Shown: positions 20,316 to 30,503, numbered from the stretch's first letter. The stretch is 64,000 nt of DNA from an uncultured bacterium (GCA_965541585.1 CBEUCH010000016.1:22056-86055); one strand, 5' to 3'. Notes: generated from the sequence alone by a model not told the origin. Made by a program: numbers and translations.

Positions 20316-20333
20316 AAGCTCAAGGGAGAAAAT

Positions 20334-21242
20334 ATGAAGAAGTTATCACTGGCAACATTAATCGTGATTTTCGTCGTAGCTATAGCCTCCGCCCAATCAA
20401 ACAAAATCGTCTTCGGGCCGCTGGTGGGGGATGATGCCGGAGTTCTAACCGTACACAAAAGCCAGGCCATCGGAGTTGAACTCTGGGTACGGACGAACCC
20501 GGATAATCCGGCTGACATTGTCGGAATGTCTCACGGCCTGATTTCCGAGGATTTTATCATTGCCGAGCGAAACGGCATGGATCCCGAGCCTGATTACGAT
20601 TCACCCCCCTGGGAAAATGTCTTTGTGGACGGGCCGTATGTATATGATCCGGAGGATAACTTTCCTATTCCGGTGGGTTGGACTTGCGAAATGCAGGGCG
20701 CTTTGTGTATTATTTTTAATCCGGTGCAGTGTGCTATTTTAGATACGCAAGGAGAGTGGGATCTCTACGGCACCTGGCTGATGACCACCAACACCGAAAT
20801 ACCGACAGAGCAAACTTATTTCCCATTCCAGGAGGGCTGGTACCCCCATACCCAGGGCCGGGAAAGCACCATTTGGGCATTCGACATTGGTGGTGGTGTC
20901 ACTCCGGAGCAGTCTTACTGCGGGTTGTATTTTGAATCTAACATCTGCTCCTATCTCTCAGGCGACTGCGACCATAACGGCTTTCCAATCGAACTCACTG
21001 ATGTTTTAGCCATGATCGGCTTTTACAGGGGAACGATGGAACCATATTTATGTGAATGCAGCGAAGATCCGACAGTCTACAACTTCGCCGCCACCGCCGA
21101 CCCCAACGGCAACTGCGCACCCAACGAACTCCTGGACGTGGTTACTGAGATAGCCGCCTACCGGGGAACCATGACAGCCTCCGGCTGCCCCGACTGCCCC
21201 GGCTCTGAGGGGCTGGTAACAGGCGAGAACGAAGGTCAATAA
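20334..21242 (+). CDS. Array gene 1: V domain + Cys-rich dockerin-like tail
   Basis: Signal peptide; tail GDCDHNGFPIELTDV...ADPNGNCAPNELLDV (two EF-hand-like loop-helix repeats). Confidence 0.85.
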   Translation: MKKLSLATLIVIFVVAIASAQSNKIVFGPLVGDDAGVLTVHKSQAIGVELWVRTNPDNPADIVGMSHGLISEDFIIAERNGMDPEPDYDSPPWENVFVDGPYVYDPEDNFPIPVGWTCEMQGALCIIFNPVQCAILDTQGEWDLYGTWLMTTNTEIPTEQTYFPFQEGWYPHTQGRESTIWAFDIGGGVTPEQSYCGLYFESNICSYLSGDCDHNGFPIELTDVLAMIGFYRGTMEPYLCECSEDPTVYNFAATADPNGNCAPNELLDVVTEIAAYRGTMTASGCPDCPGSEGLVTGENEGQ

Positions 21243-21252
21243 GGGAGAAAAT

Positions 21253-22173
21253 ATGAAAACGCTGCTCTCAATATTATTGGCGATAATGTTCATGCAATCA
21301 GCGGCTCTCTCGCAGGACCTGAACAAGATCGTCTTCGGCCCGCTGGAGGGAGATGATGCCGGAGTTCTGACCGTGCATAACGGCCAGGCCATCGGAGTTG
21401 AACTCTGGGTGCGGACAGATCCGGGCAATCCTGCTCCTGTTGTTGGTGTAGCTCACGGACTCATGTCTGAAGATGTCATCATAGCCGAGCGAAATGGCTT
21501 GGATCCTGAGCCCCTGTACGATTGGTGTATGTATTTTGTCGACGGCCCATACGCTTATGATGACCCGTATGAATATGAATTTCCCATCCCTCCGGGCTGG
21601 ACATGTGAAATGCAGTGGGCTGTCCCCTGCGATTGGCCGCCCTGTGGTGACGGCGAACCCGGCGGCGGTCCCATGGACACTCAGGGCGAATGGGACCTCT
21701 ACGGTAGCTGGCTGATGATCACTAACATCGAAATACCGGCAGAGCAAACTTATTTCCCATTCCAGGAGGGCTGGTACCCCCATAACGGCGAGGGAACAAA
21801 ATGGGAATTCGAGGGTGGTGGAGGCGTCGTGCCGGAGCAGTCCTACTGCGGCCTGTATTTTGAATCTAATATCTGCTCCTATCTCCTCGGCGATTGCGAC
21901 CATAACGGCTTTCCGATAGAACTCACCGATGTTTTAGCCATGATCGGCTTTTACAGGGGGGGAATAGAGCCAGATTATCTATGCGAATGCGGCGAAGATC
22001 CGACAGTTTACAGCTTCGCCGCCACAGCCGACCCCAACGGCAACTGCGCACCCAACGAGCTTAGCGACGTGGTTACCGAGATCGGCGCCTACCGGGGAAC
22101 CATGACGGCCTCCGGCTGCCCCGACTGCCCCGGTACGGAGGGGATAGTGATTCGAGAAAATGAAGGTCAATAA
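21253..22173 (+). CDS. Array gene 2: V domain + dockerin-like tail
   Basis: Same architecture as gene 1. Confidence 0.85.
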   Translation: MKTLLSILLAIMFMQSAALSQDLNKIVFGPLEGDDAGVLTVHNGQAIGVELWVRTDPGNPAPVVGVAHGLMSEDVIIAERNGLDPEPLYDWCMYFVDGPYAYDDPYEYEFPIPPGWTCEMQWAVPCDWPPCGDGEPGGGPMDTQGEWDLYGSWLMITNIEIPAEQTYFPFQEGWYPHNGEGTKWEFEGGGGVVPEQSYCGLYFESNICSYLLGDCDHNGFPIELTDVLAMIGFYRGGIEPDYLCECGEDPTVYSFAATADPNGNCAPNELSDVVTEIGAYRGTMTASGCPDCPGTEGIVIRENEGQ

Positions 22174-22183
22174 GGGCGGAAAT

Positions 22184-23068
22184 ATGAAAACGCTACTCTC
22201 AATAATATTGGCTATATTGTTCATGCAATCACCGGCCTCCGCCCAATCGAACAAGATCGTCATCGGCCCACTGGAGGGGGATGACGCCGGTGTTTTGACA
22301 GTGCACAATGGCGAAGCCATAGAGGTTGAGATATGGGTGCGAACCGATCCGGATAATCCGGCGGTGGTTATAGGCGTGAGCCACGGATTATTGTCAGAGG
22401 ATATCATCATAGCGGAGCGAAATGGCATGGATGTTGAGCCCCCGTACGACGAATGGCTTCAATATTTTGTAGATGGGCCCTTTACAGATGCCGACGGGGG
22501 TGCTTACCCTTATCCTGCCGGCTTTATCGGCGAGATGCAGGGTGCAATCTGGTGTGGCTTTTTGCCGCCTTGCCCCGACCAACCCATAGACACTCAGGGC
22601 GAATGGGACCTTTACGGCACATGGCTGATGGATGTTAATATCGGAATACCGACAGAGCAAACTTATTTCCCATTCCAGGAAGGATGGTACCCCCATAGCG
22701 GGTATGGCACCCTATGGGCATTCGACGGTGGTGGCATGGTCACTCCCGAGCAGTCTTACTGCGGCCTTTATTTTGAGCCATATCCTTGTTCATATATCCC
22801 CGGCGACTGCGACCATAACGGTTTTCCAATAGAACTCACCGATGTCCTGGCCATGATAGGTTTTTACAGGGGAACGATGAGACCAGATTTATGCGAATGC
22901 GGCGATGATCCCTTAATGCTCTATTTTGCTGCCACCGCCGACCCCAACGGCAACTGCGCGCCCAACGAGCTTCTGGACGTGGTTACCGAGATAGCCGCCT
23001 ACCGGGGAACCATGACAGCCTCCGGCTGCCCAGATTGCCCCGGTACGGAGGGTTTGTTGCGAAAATAA
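22184..23068 (+). CDS. Array gene 3: V domain + dockerin-like tail
   Basis: Start moved to ATG 22184 (MKTLLSI) by homology with paralogs. Confidence 0.85.
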   Translation: MKTLLSIILAILFMQSPASAQSNKIVIGPLEGDDAGVLTVHNGEAIEVEIWVRTDPDNPAVVIGVSHGLLSEDIIIAERNGMDVEPPYDEWLQYFVDGPFTDADGGAYPYPAGFIGEMQGAIWCGFLPPCPDQPIDTQGEWDLYGTWLMDVNIGIPTEQTYFPFQEGWYPHSGYGTLWAFDGGGMVTPEQSYCGLYFEPYPCSYIPGDCDHNGFPIELTDVLAMIGFYRGTMRPDLCECGDDPLMLYFAATADPNGNCAPNELLDVVTEIAAYRGTMTASGCPDCPGTEGLLRK

Positions 23069-23077
23069 GGCGGTAAT

Positions 23078-23983
23078 ATGAAGAATCTATTCAAAACATT
23101 ATTGGTAACCTCTTTAATAACAGCGTCAGCTTCCGCCCAATCCAATAAGATCGTCGTCGGCCCGCTGGTGGGGGATGATGCCGGAGTCCTGACCGTGCAC
23201 AATGCTGAGGCTATAGAAGTTGAACTCTGGGTGCGGACCGACCCGGCTAATCCAACTTCCATTATCGGCGTGGCGCATGGTTTATCCTCAGATAATGTTA
23301 TTATTGCTGAGCGAAATGGAGTTGTTATAGAACCTGAATACGACGAGCCCTATTGGTGCACAGTCTGGGTCGACGGGCCTTTTATCCATAATCCAGCTGA
23401 CGATTTCCCCATTCCGGAAGGTTTGACATGCGAGATCTCGGTCGGATTATATACATGGTGGCCCGACTGCATCGGCTGGCCGCTCAATACTCAGGGCGAA
23501 TGGGACCTCTACGGCACCTGGCTGATGGTTGTTAATACCGGAATACCAACAGAGCAAACTTATTTCCCATTGGAAGAGGGCTGGTATCCCCACAACGGAG
23601 AGGGCACAAACTGGGCATTCGACCGTGGTGGAGGCGTCACTCCGCAACAGTCTTACTGCGGCCTGTATTTTGAATCTAACATCTGCTCCTATATCCCCGG
23701 CGACTGCGACCATAACGGCTTTCCAATAGAACTCACCGATGTTCTGGCCATGATAGGCTTTTACAGAGGGGGAATAGAGCCAGATTATCTATGCGAATGC
23801 GGGGAAAACCCGACAGTATACAACTTCGCGGCCACAGCCGACCCCAACGGCAACTGCGCGCCCAACGAGCTTCTGGACGTGGTTACCGAGATAGCCGCCT
23901 ACCGGGGGACGATGACCGCCTCCGGCTGCCCCGACTGCCCCGGTACGGAGGGGATTGTGATTCGAGAAAATGAGGATCAATAA
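23078..23983 (+). CDS. Array gene 4: V domain + dockerin-like tail
   Basis: Same architecture. Confidence 0.85.
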   Translation: MKNLFKTLLVTSLITASASAQSNKIVVGPLVGDDAGVLTVHNAEAIEVELWVRTDPANPTSIIGVAHGLSSDNVIIAERNGVVIEPEYDEPYWCTVWVDGPFIHNPADDFPIPEGLTCEISVGLYTWWPDCIGWPLNTQGEWDLYGTWLMVVNTGIPTEQTYFPLEEGWYPHNGEGTNWAFDRGGGVTPQQSYCGLYFESNICSYIPGDCDHNGFPIELTDVLAMIGFYRGGIEPDYLCECGENPTVYNFAATADPNGNCAPNELLDVVTEIAAYRGTMTASGCPDCPGTEGIVIRENEDQ

Positions 23984-23992
23984 GGGGGAAAT

Positions 23993-25447
23993 ATGAAGAG
24001 GCTCTTCTGGCTATTACTGATTATATCTTTTATTTCATCATCAGCTTTCGGACAGGGCCTGAATAAGATCGTCTTCGGCCCGCTGGAGGGAGATGAAGCC
24101 GGGGTTCTAACCGTGCATAACGGTGAAGATATCGAGATCGAAATGTGGGTTCGAACAGACCCTAATAATCCAGGGCCTGTTGATAACATATTTCATGCTC
24201 TACTCTCTGAAGATATTATTATCGCCGAACGAAATGGTATTGTTATTGAACCTCCGTATGACAATGCCAACTGGGGGGGCTTTGTGGGTGTAGACGGTCC
24301 TTACGTTCATAATCCAAACGATAATTACCCTATTCCTGAGGGTTATACATGTGAAATCCAGTATGCTCTTCATTGCGACCCTTTTCCCTGCGATACCGAC
24401 GAAATGGACACACAGGGCGAGTGGGATCTTTACGGGACCTGGATGATGGTTGTCAATATGGACATCCCCGTGGATCAGACATATTTTCCTTTCATGGAAG
24501 GCTGGTACCCCGGTACGGGAAACGGTACTGAATGGTCGTTCGACGGTGGTGGCGGCGTCACTCCGGAGCAGTCTTACTGCGGTCTTTATTTCCCGATGCC
24601 CCAAACCAATAAGATCGTCTTCGGCCCGCTGGTGGGAGATGAGGCTGGAGTCTTGACGGTGCATAACAACCAGGCCATCGGAGTTGAACTCTGGGTTCGT
24701 ACCGATCCGGATAATCCGGCGGTGGTTACAGGCGTGCAACACGGGTTATTGTCAGAGGATATCATTATCTTAGAGCGAAACGGAATGGATATCGAGCCTC
24801 AATATGAATCTAATTACTGGCAAACATTTGTCGACGGCCCATACTCTTATGATGACCCGTATGAATATGAATTTCCCATCCCTCCGGGCTGGACCTGTGA
24901 AATGCAGTGGGCTCTCCGCTGCGATTTGCCGCCCTGCGACGGCGAACCCATGGACACTCAGGGCGAATGGGACCTCTACGGTACCTGGCTGATGATCACC
25001 AACATCGAAATACCGACAGAGGAAACTTATTTCCCATTCCAGGAGGGATGGTATCCACATAGCGGGGAAGGCACCCACTGGTCATTCGAAGGTGGTGGAG
25101 GCGTATACCCTGAGGAAGATTACTGCGGTTTGTATTTCGAACAGTATATCTGCGAATATATTCCCGGCGACTGCGACCATAACGGCTTTCCGATAGAACT
25201 CACCGATGTCCTGGCCATGATAGGTTTTTACAGGGGAACGATGAGACCAGATTTATGCGAATGCGGCGATGATCCCTTAATGCTCTATTTTGCTGCCACC
25301 GCCGACCCCAACGGCAACTGCGCGCCCAACGAGCTTCTGGACGTGGTTACCGAGATAGCCGCCTACCGGGGAACCATGACAGCCTCCGGCTGCCCAGACT
25401 GCCCCGGCTCGGAGGGGCTCGTAATTCGAGAAAATAAAGGGCATTAG
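23993..25447 (+). CDS. Array gene 5: two tandem V domains + dockerin-like tail
   Basis: The junction YCGLYF-PMPQT-NKIVFGPL joins two full V domains. Confidence 0.85.
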   Translation: MKRLFWLLLIISFISSSAFGQGLNKIVFGPLEGDEAGVLTVHNGEDIEIEMWVRTDPNNPGPVDNIFHALLSEDIIIAERNGIVIEPPYDNANWGGFVGVDGPYVHNPNDNYPIPEGYTCEIQYALHCDPFPCDTDEMDTQGEWDLYGTWMMVVNMDIPVDQTYFPFMEGWYPGTGNGTEWSFDGGGGVTPEQSYCGLYFPMPQTNKIVFGPLVGDEAGVLTVHNNQAIGVELWVRTDPDNPAVVTGVQHGLLSEDIIILERNGMDIEPQYESNYWQTFVDGPYSYDDPYEYEFPIPPGWTCEMQWALRCDLPPCDGEPMDTQGEWDLYGTWLMITNIEIPTEETYFPFQEGWYPHSGEGTHWSFEGGGGVYPEEDYCGLYFEQYICEYIPGDCDHNGFPIELTDVLAMIGFYRGTMRPDLCECGDDPLMLYFAATADPNGNCAPNELLDVVTEIAAYRGTMTASGCPDCPGSEGLVIRENKGH

Positions 25448-25456
25448 GGAGGATAT

Positions 25457-26413
25457 ATGAAAACGTTACTCTCAATAATATTGGCGATATCGATCATGCC
25501 GTCAGCGGCCCTTTCGCAGGACCTGAACAAAATCGTCTTCGGGCCTCTTGTGGGCGACAGTGCCGGAATACTGACTGTCCGCAACGGGGAGGAAATTGCC
25601 ATTGAAATGTGGATACACGCTGATCCCGAAAATCCATCATGTATTATAGGTCTATCTCATGGACTCATAACCGACGACGCTATCATTGCTGAAAGAAACG
25701 GCGTTGTCATCGATCCGTATTATGATGAACCCTACTGGGAGTCAGTCTGGGTTGATGGCCCATTTGACCACAACCCGGAAGATCCCTTTCCGATCCCGGA
25801 AGGACATACCGGTGAAAACCAGGTTGCCCTGGGATCCCTATTTGGTGGTTGTGATAGCATTCTTCATATACTCCCGGATACGGGATGGGTTTATTACGGG
25901 TCGTTTTTAATGGTATGTAACGATAACGTACCGCTGGGCGAAATATATTATCCATTTTCCATAGGCTGGTATCCGCATAGCGGTCAGGGAACCAGCTGGT
26001 CGTTTGATAACCCTCCGGGCGGCAGTGTTGAACCGGAGCAGGATTACTGCGGACTTTATTTCGTGCCGGAATGCGATTATGTTCCCGGCGATTGCGACCA
26101 CGACGGGACTCCGTGGAGGCTTACCGATGTAGTCTCCATGATCGCCTTCTACAGAGGCTTTGCGGAACCTCCCTATACGTGCTACTGCCCGCCTCATGAT
26201 GACGATTACCCTCCCGGCGCCGATCCCGACGGCAGTTGTGTTCCGTATGAGCTCTCCGACGTGGTCATCATGATCACCATGTTCCGGGGTCCTGGATGGC
26301 CGCCTTCCGGCTGCCTCGATTGCCGAACTTTCGGCAGGGTGGATTCGAGAAATGGCGATAATGAGAACCTCGTGCCAACCCTGAAATCAAAGGCTAAGAT
26401 CGAGAAAGAATGA
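25457..26413 (+). CDS. Array gene 6: V domain + divergent dockerin-like tail
   Basis: Tail PGDCDHDGTPWRLTDVVSMIAFY...GADPDGSCVPYELSDVVIMI. Confidence 0.85.
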   Translation: MKTLLSIILAISIMPSAALSQDLNKIVFGPLVGDSAGILTVRNGEEIAIEMWIHADPENPSCIIGLSHGLITDDAIIAERNGVVIDPYYDEPYWESVWVDGPFDHNPEDPFPIPEGHTGENQVALGSLFGGCDSILHILPDTGWVYYGSFLMVCNDNVPLGEIYYPFSIGWYPHSGQGTSWSFDNPPGGSVEPEQDYCGLYFVPECDYVPGDCDHDGTPWRLTDVVSMIAFYRGFAEPPYTCYCPPHDDDYPPGADPDGSCVPYELSDVVIMITMFRGPGWPPSGCLDCRTFGRVDSRNGDNENLVPTLKSKAKIEKE

Positions 26414-26423
26414 ATGGATTAAT

Positions 26424-28658
26424 ATGAAAAAGCTACCGCTTGCATTGTTGATTATTCTCTCAGGCACAGCTCTCGCTTCGGCGCAGGATTTAAACAAAAT
26501 CGTCTTCGGGCCGCTGGAGGGAGATGAGGCGGGAGTTTTGACCGTGCATAATGGCGAAGATATTGAGATTGAGATGTGGGTCCGGACCGATATCAATAAT
26601 CCTGAACCCGTTTTTGCCGTAAGCCACGCTTTAATGTCAGAAGATGAGATCATAGCTGAGCGTAACGGCGCCCAGCTTGATCCGGATTATGACATGCCGA
26701 ACTGGGAGCAAGTCTTCGTTGATGGGCCATTTAATCATAATCCCAATGATCCCTTCCCAATACTTGAAGGCCACACCTGCGAGATGCTGGGTGCTCTTTA
26801 TATTGTTTTCCAAGACCCCTACCCGGGTAGCCATCCCCTTGATACTCAGGGAGAATGGGATTATTATGGTGCTTTCCTGATGTCCTGTAATGCTGATATC
26901 CCGATCGATAATACTTATTATCCGTTTTCAGCGGGTTGGTATCCTCATAACGGATTAGGTTTCCGATGGACATTCGAGGTAGGCGAATACGTCATACCGG
27001 AGCAGGATTATTGCGGGCTTTACGTAACCACAAATGCAGACCCGGAGTTCACGATCTGTCCTCAAGATACGCAGCATGTTGCTCCCCGGCAGCCGATCTG
27101 CCTCGATGTCGCCGGCGTGGACGCAGATACGCTCGATGATCTACATATCTCCCTGATCTCCGGACCCGGTACATATTCCGAGGAAATTGGCGGGCCCGGA
27201 GGCTTTACCTCGGGTATCTGGTGCTGGGATAATCCTGCGCCAGGCGCCCACACCGTCCTGCTCGAGCTCAACGACAATGCCGGCGGAGTCGTCTATTGCG
27301 AATTTATCCTCGATGTTGAGGACATCGCCCTGGAGATCGAGTCTGTCGCGGGGTTCCCTGGTGCTACGGTCGTGGTTCCCATTCGCTTGCACACCTGGCT
27401 TTTGAGGACCGGCGGTGTGGAGCTCCTCATAACCTGGGATCCGGCGGATCTGAAACTTACGGAAGTCGTACCTAAGTCACGCATGGACTTCGGCAATGAA
27501 TACTTCAACCACGATGTAGACAATCCCTGTGATCCGCCCTGCGACCCGGGTGGCGCCGTCAGGATTTCCTGGATATCGGATATTGACGACGGCATTCCCC
27601 ATGCCCCGGCCGGCGCCGGCAGCGACCCGATCTTAGAGTTGATTTTCGATGTCTACCCCGGCCTGCCATGGGATATGAATATTCCCATCTCCTTCTTCAC
27701 CCAGCACGATACGGATAACATCGTTGCCGATTCATCCGGTAATGTCTGGTTCACTCCCGAATTAATCGACGGATGTATCGGAGTGCAGGATCCCTTTACA
27801 TTCAGGAAGGGCGACCCAAATATGAATGGCCATTTCTTTGAAATAGGCGATGTATTGCTGGTTATTCGTCGTTTGATTGAGGGCTATGTCGTCTGGTCTG
27901 AGAACGGCACTAATGACGACGACCTGCAAGAATACGCCGCTGACTTGAATAGAAACGGATTTGTGGATTTTTCAGATCTAATGACGTTCATCAACATTTT
28001 CAACGGTATTGTCGATCCCCCGTATAAGTTCCGGCCAGGCTCCGGGGTGGCACGTATCAGCATGACCGAAAATATCGGAGACAATGTGGTTGTATCTATC
28101 GATGCGGATGTTGATATTGGCGGGGTCCTTGTCAGAATCTCTCATCCGGGCATTGAGCTTGATGCTCCTTATGTCGAAAACAGCATGGAGATTCGCCACC
28201 ACGATTCCGATGGCCTCATGAGCGCTGTCGTATATTCGCTGGAGGCAAATACCATACCGGCCGGCAATTCGCATCTTTTCACCATACCTGTTCTCCCTAA
28301 CGAGGATGGTTGCCTGCGCTTCACCGAGGTTTCCTCCGCCGACTCTTATGGTCGTCTGATGGAGACTGTGGCTTCTCTGGAGACTCCTCTGCCAACTACC
28401 TTTGCCGTCGAGCAAAACTACCCCAACCCATTCAATGCCTCCACAACCATCCGATACAGCCTGCCGGAGGCCAGCGAGGTCACAATCGAAATCTTCAACA
28501 TCCTGGGGCGGAAGGTTGAGACGCTGGTTCAGGAAAAACAGGCTGCCGGCTATAATCAGGTGGTCTGGGATGCTGAGAATCAGCCGTCGGGAGTCTATTT
28601 CTATTGGATAAAAGCCGGAGAATATAAGGAATCGAGGAGCTGTTTGCTTCTGAAATAG
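26424..28658 (+). CDS. Array gene 7: scaffoldin-like protein (V + Ig-like + cohesin + dockerin + beta-sandwich + CTD)
   Basis: Cohesin signature LEIESVAGFPGATVVVPIRL...GGVELLITWDPADL; dockerin pair KGDPNMNG..FEIGDV / AADLNRNGFVDFSDL; QNYPNPFN CTD. Confidence 0.8.
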   Translation: MKKLPLALLIILSGTALASAQDLNKIVFGPLEGDEAGVLTVHNGEDIEIEMWVRTDINNPEPVFAVSHALMSEDEIIAERNGAQLDPDYDMPNWEQVFVDGPFNHNPNDPFPILEGHTCEMLGALYIVFQDPYPGSHPLDTQGEWDYYGAFLMSCNADIPIDNTYYPFSAGWYPHNGLGFRWTFEVGEYVIPEQDYCGLYVTTNADPEFTICPQDTQHVAPRQPICLDVAGVDADTLDDLHISLISGPGTYSEEIGGPGGFTSGIWCWDNPAPGAHTVLLELNDNAGGVVYCEFILDVEDIALEIESVAGFPGATVVVPIRLHTWLLRTGGVELLITWDPADLKLTEVVPKSRMDFGNEYFNHDVDNPCDPPCDPGGAVRISWISDIDDGIPHAPAGAGSDPILELIFDVYPGLPWDMNIPISFFTQHDTDNIVADSSGNVWFTPELIDGCIGVQDPFTFRKGDPNMNGHFFEIGDVLLVIRRLIEGYVVWSENGTNDDDLQEYAADLNRNGFVDFSDLMTFINIFNGIVDPPYKFRPGSGVARISMTENIGDNVVVSIDADVDIGGVLVRISHPGIELDAPYVENSMEIRHHDSDGLMSAVVYSLEANTIPAGNSHLFTIPVLPNEDGCLRFTEVSSADSYGRLMETVASLETPLPTTFAVEQNYPNPFNASTTIRYSLPEASEVTIEIFNILGRKVETLVQEKQAAGYNQVVWDAENQPSGVYFYWIKAGEYKESRSCLLLK

Positions 28659-28676
28659 AGGCTCAAGGGGGAAAAT

Positions 28677-29567
28677 ATGAAGAAGTTAGCAGCGGCGACA
28701 TTAATCGTGATTTTCAGCTTATCTATAGCCTCCGCCCAATCCAACAAGATCGTCTTCGGCCCGCTGGAGGGAGATGATGCCGGGGTTTTGACGGTGCATA
28801 ATGGTGAGGCTATTGAGATTGAGATGTGGGTACGGACAGATCCGGATAATCCTGCCCCTATTATCGGCGTATCGCATTGCCTGATGTCTGCGGATACTAT
28901 TATCGCCAGCCGCAACGGTGCCACATTTGATTCCGACTATGGCTATCCGTGTTGGGATACCTTCGTCAGCCCCCCATTCGGACACCCGTATGATCCGAAC
29001 ATTCCCGAAGGACATACGATACAAGTTGCAGCCGCTATCTATACGATATTCGATCCTCCCTGCCACCCAATGGATACGAACGGCGAATGGGACTATTACG
29101 GGGCTTTTTTGATGACATGCAATACCGGCCTGCCTGTCGACAGCACATATTACCCGTTTTTAGCTGGCTGGTTTCCGCACAGCGGGCAGGGAACCAGTTG
29201 GTCTTTTGAAGCTCCGCCGGGCGGAAGCGTGGAGCCAGAACAGGATTACTGCGGGCTCTTTTTTCAACCCGAAACCCGTATCGGCCAGAATGAAGGATTG
29301 CCTGAAGAGTTTTCCCTTTTCCAAAACCACCCTAATCCGTTCAACACCAAGACCACAATCCGATATAGCCTGCCGGAAGAGAGCGACGTCACCATCGAAA
29401 TCTACAATATCCTGGGACGAAAGATTGAGACGCTGGTATCGGGAATACAGCCAGCCGGATGGCATTCGATGGTATGGGATGCTGAAAATCGGCCGTCAGG
29501 AGTCTATTTCTATTGGATAAAAGCCGGAGAATATAAGGAATCGAGGAGCTGTTTGCTTCTGAAATAG
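28677..29567 (+). CDS. Array gene 8: V domain + T9SS-type CTD
   Basis: QNHPNPFN...SCLLLK. Confidence 0.85.
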   Translation: MKKLAAATLIVIFSLSIASAQSNKIVFGPLEGDDAGVLTVHNGEAIEIEMWVRTDPDNPAPIIGVSHCLMSADTIIASRNGATFDSDYGYPCWDTFVSPPFGHPYDPNIPEGHTIQVAAAIYTIFDPPCHPMDTNGEWDYYGAFLMTCNTGLPVDSTYYPFLAGWFPHSGQGTSWSFEAPPGGSVEPEQDYCGLFFQPETRIGQNEGLPEEFSLFQNHPNPFNTKTTIRYSLPEESDVTIEIYNILGRKIETLVSGIQPAGWHSMVWDAENRPSGVYFYWIKAGEYKESRSCLLLK

Positions 29568-29585
29568 AAGGTCAAGGGGGAAAAT

Positions 29586-30494
29586 ATGAAAAGATTACTG
29601 ATGCCATTATTAATCGTGATTTTCGGCTTAGCTACAGCCTCCGCCCAATCCAACAAGATCGTCTTCGGGCCGCTGGAGGGGGATGAAGCCGGGGTTCTAA
29701 CCGTTCACAATAGTGAGGCTATCGGAATTGAGATGTGGGTGCGAACAGACCCGGATAATCCTACGCCCATTATCGCCACAGCGCATGGTCTGATGTCTGA
29801 AAATGTGATCATAGTGGAACGAAATCGAATGGATCCTGAGCCGGAATATAACTCACTGCCTTGGGCACAGTTCTTTATAGACGGGCCTTATGTATATGAT
29901 CCCCAATATGACTTTCCTATACCTGAAGGCTGGACATGCGAAATGCAAGGTGCATTATGTTGTGACCTCCCAGGTGACCCTGGGCCGCGTCTTGACACCC
30001 AGGGCGAATGGGATCTTTACGGTACCTGGCTGATGGTCACTAATACCGAAATAGCGACAGAGCAAACTTACTTCCCATTCGTAGAAGGCTGGTATCCGCA
30101 TAGTGGCTTTGGTACTTCCTGGGTGTTCGAGTGGGGTGATGATTGGGTTGAACCTGACAAGTCTTACTGCGGGTTGTATTTCGAATCTAATATCTGCGTC
30201 TATCTCCCCGGCGACTGCGACCATAACGGCTTTCCGATAGAACTCACTGATGTCCTGGCCATGATCGGTTTTTATAGAGGGGGAATAGAGCCAGATTATC
30301 TATGCGAATGCAGCGAAGATCCGACAGTTTACAACTTCGCCGCCACAGCCGACCCCAACGGCAACTGCGCCCCCAACGAGCTTCTGGACGTGGTTACCGA
30401 GATAGCCGCTTACCGTGGAACCATGACAGCCTCCGGCTGCCCCGACTGCCCCGGCTCCGAAGGAATAGTGAATCGAGAAAATGAAGGGCGATAG
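29586..30494 (+). CDS. Array gene 9: V domain + dockerin-like tail
   Basis: Same tail as genes 1-5. Confidence 0.85.
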   Translation: MKRLLMPLLIVIFGLATASAQSNKIVFGPLEGDEAGVLTVHNSEAIGIEMWVRTDPDNPTPIIATAHGLMSENVIIVERNRMDPEPEYNSLPWAQFFIDGPYVYDPQYDFPIPEGWTCEMQGALCCDLPGDPGPRLDTQGEWDLYGTWLMVTNTEIATEQTYFPFVEGWYPHSGFGTSWVFEWGDDWVEPDKSYCGLYFESNICVYLPGDCDHNGFPIELTDVLAMIGFYRGGIEPDYLCECSEDPTVYNFAATADPNGNCAPNELLDVVTEIAAYRGTMTASGCPDCPGSEGIVNRENEGR

Positions 30495-30503
30495 GAGGCC
30501 ATT

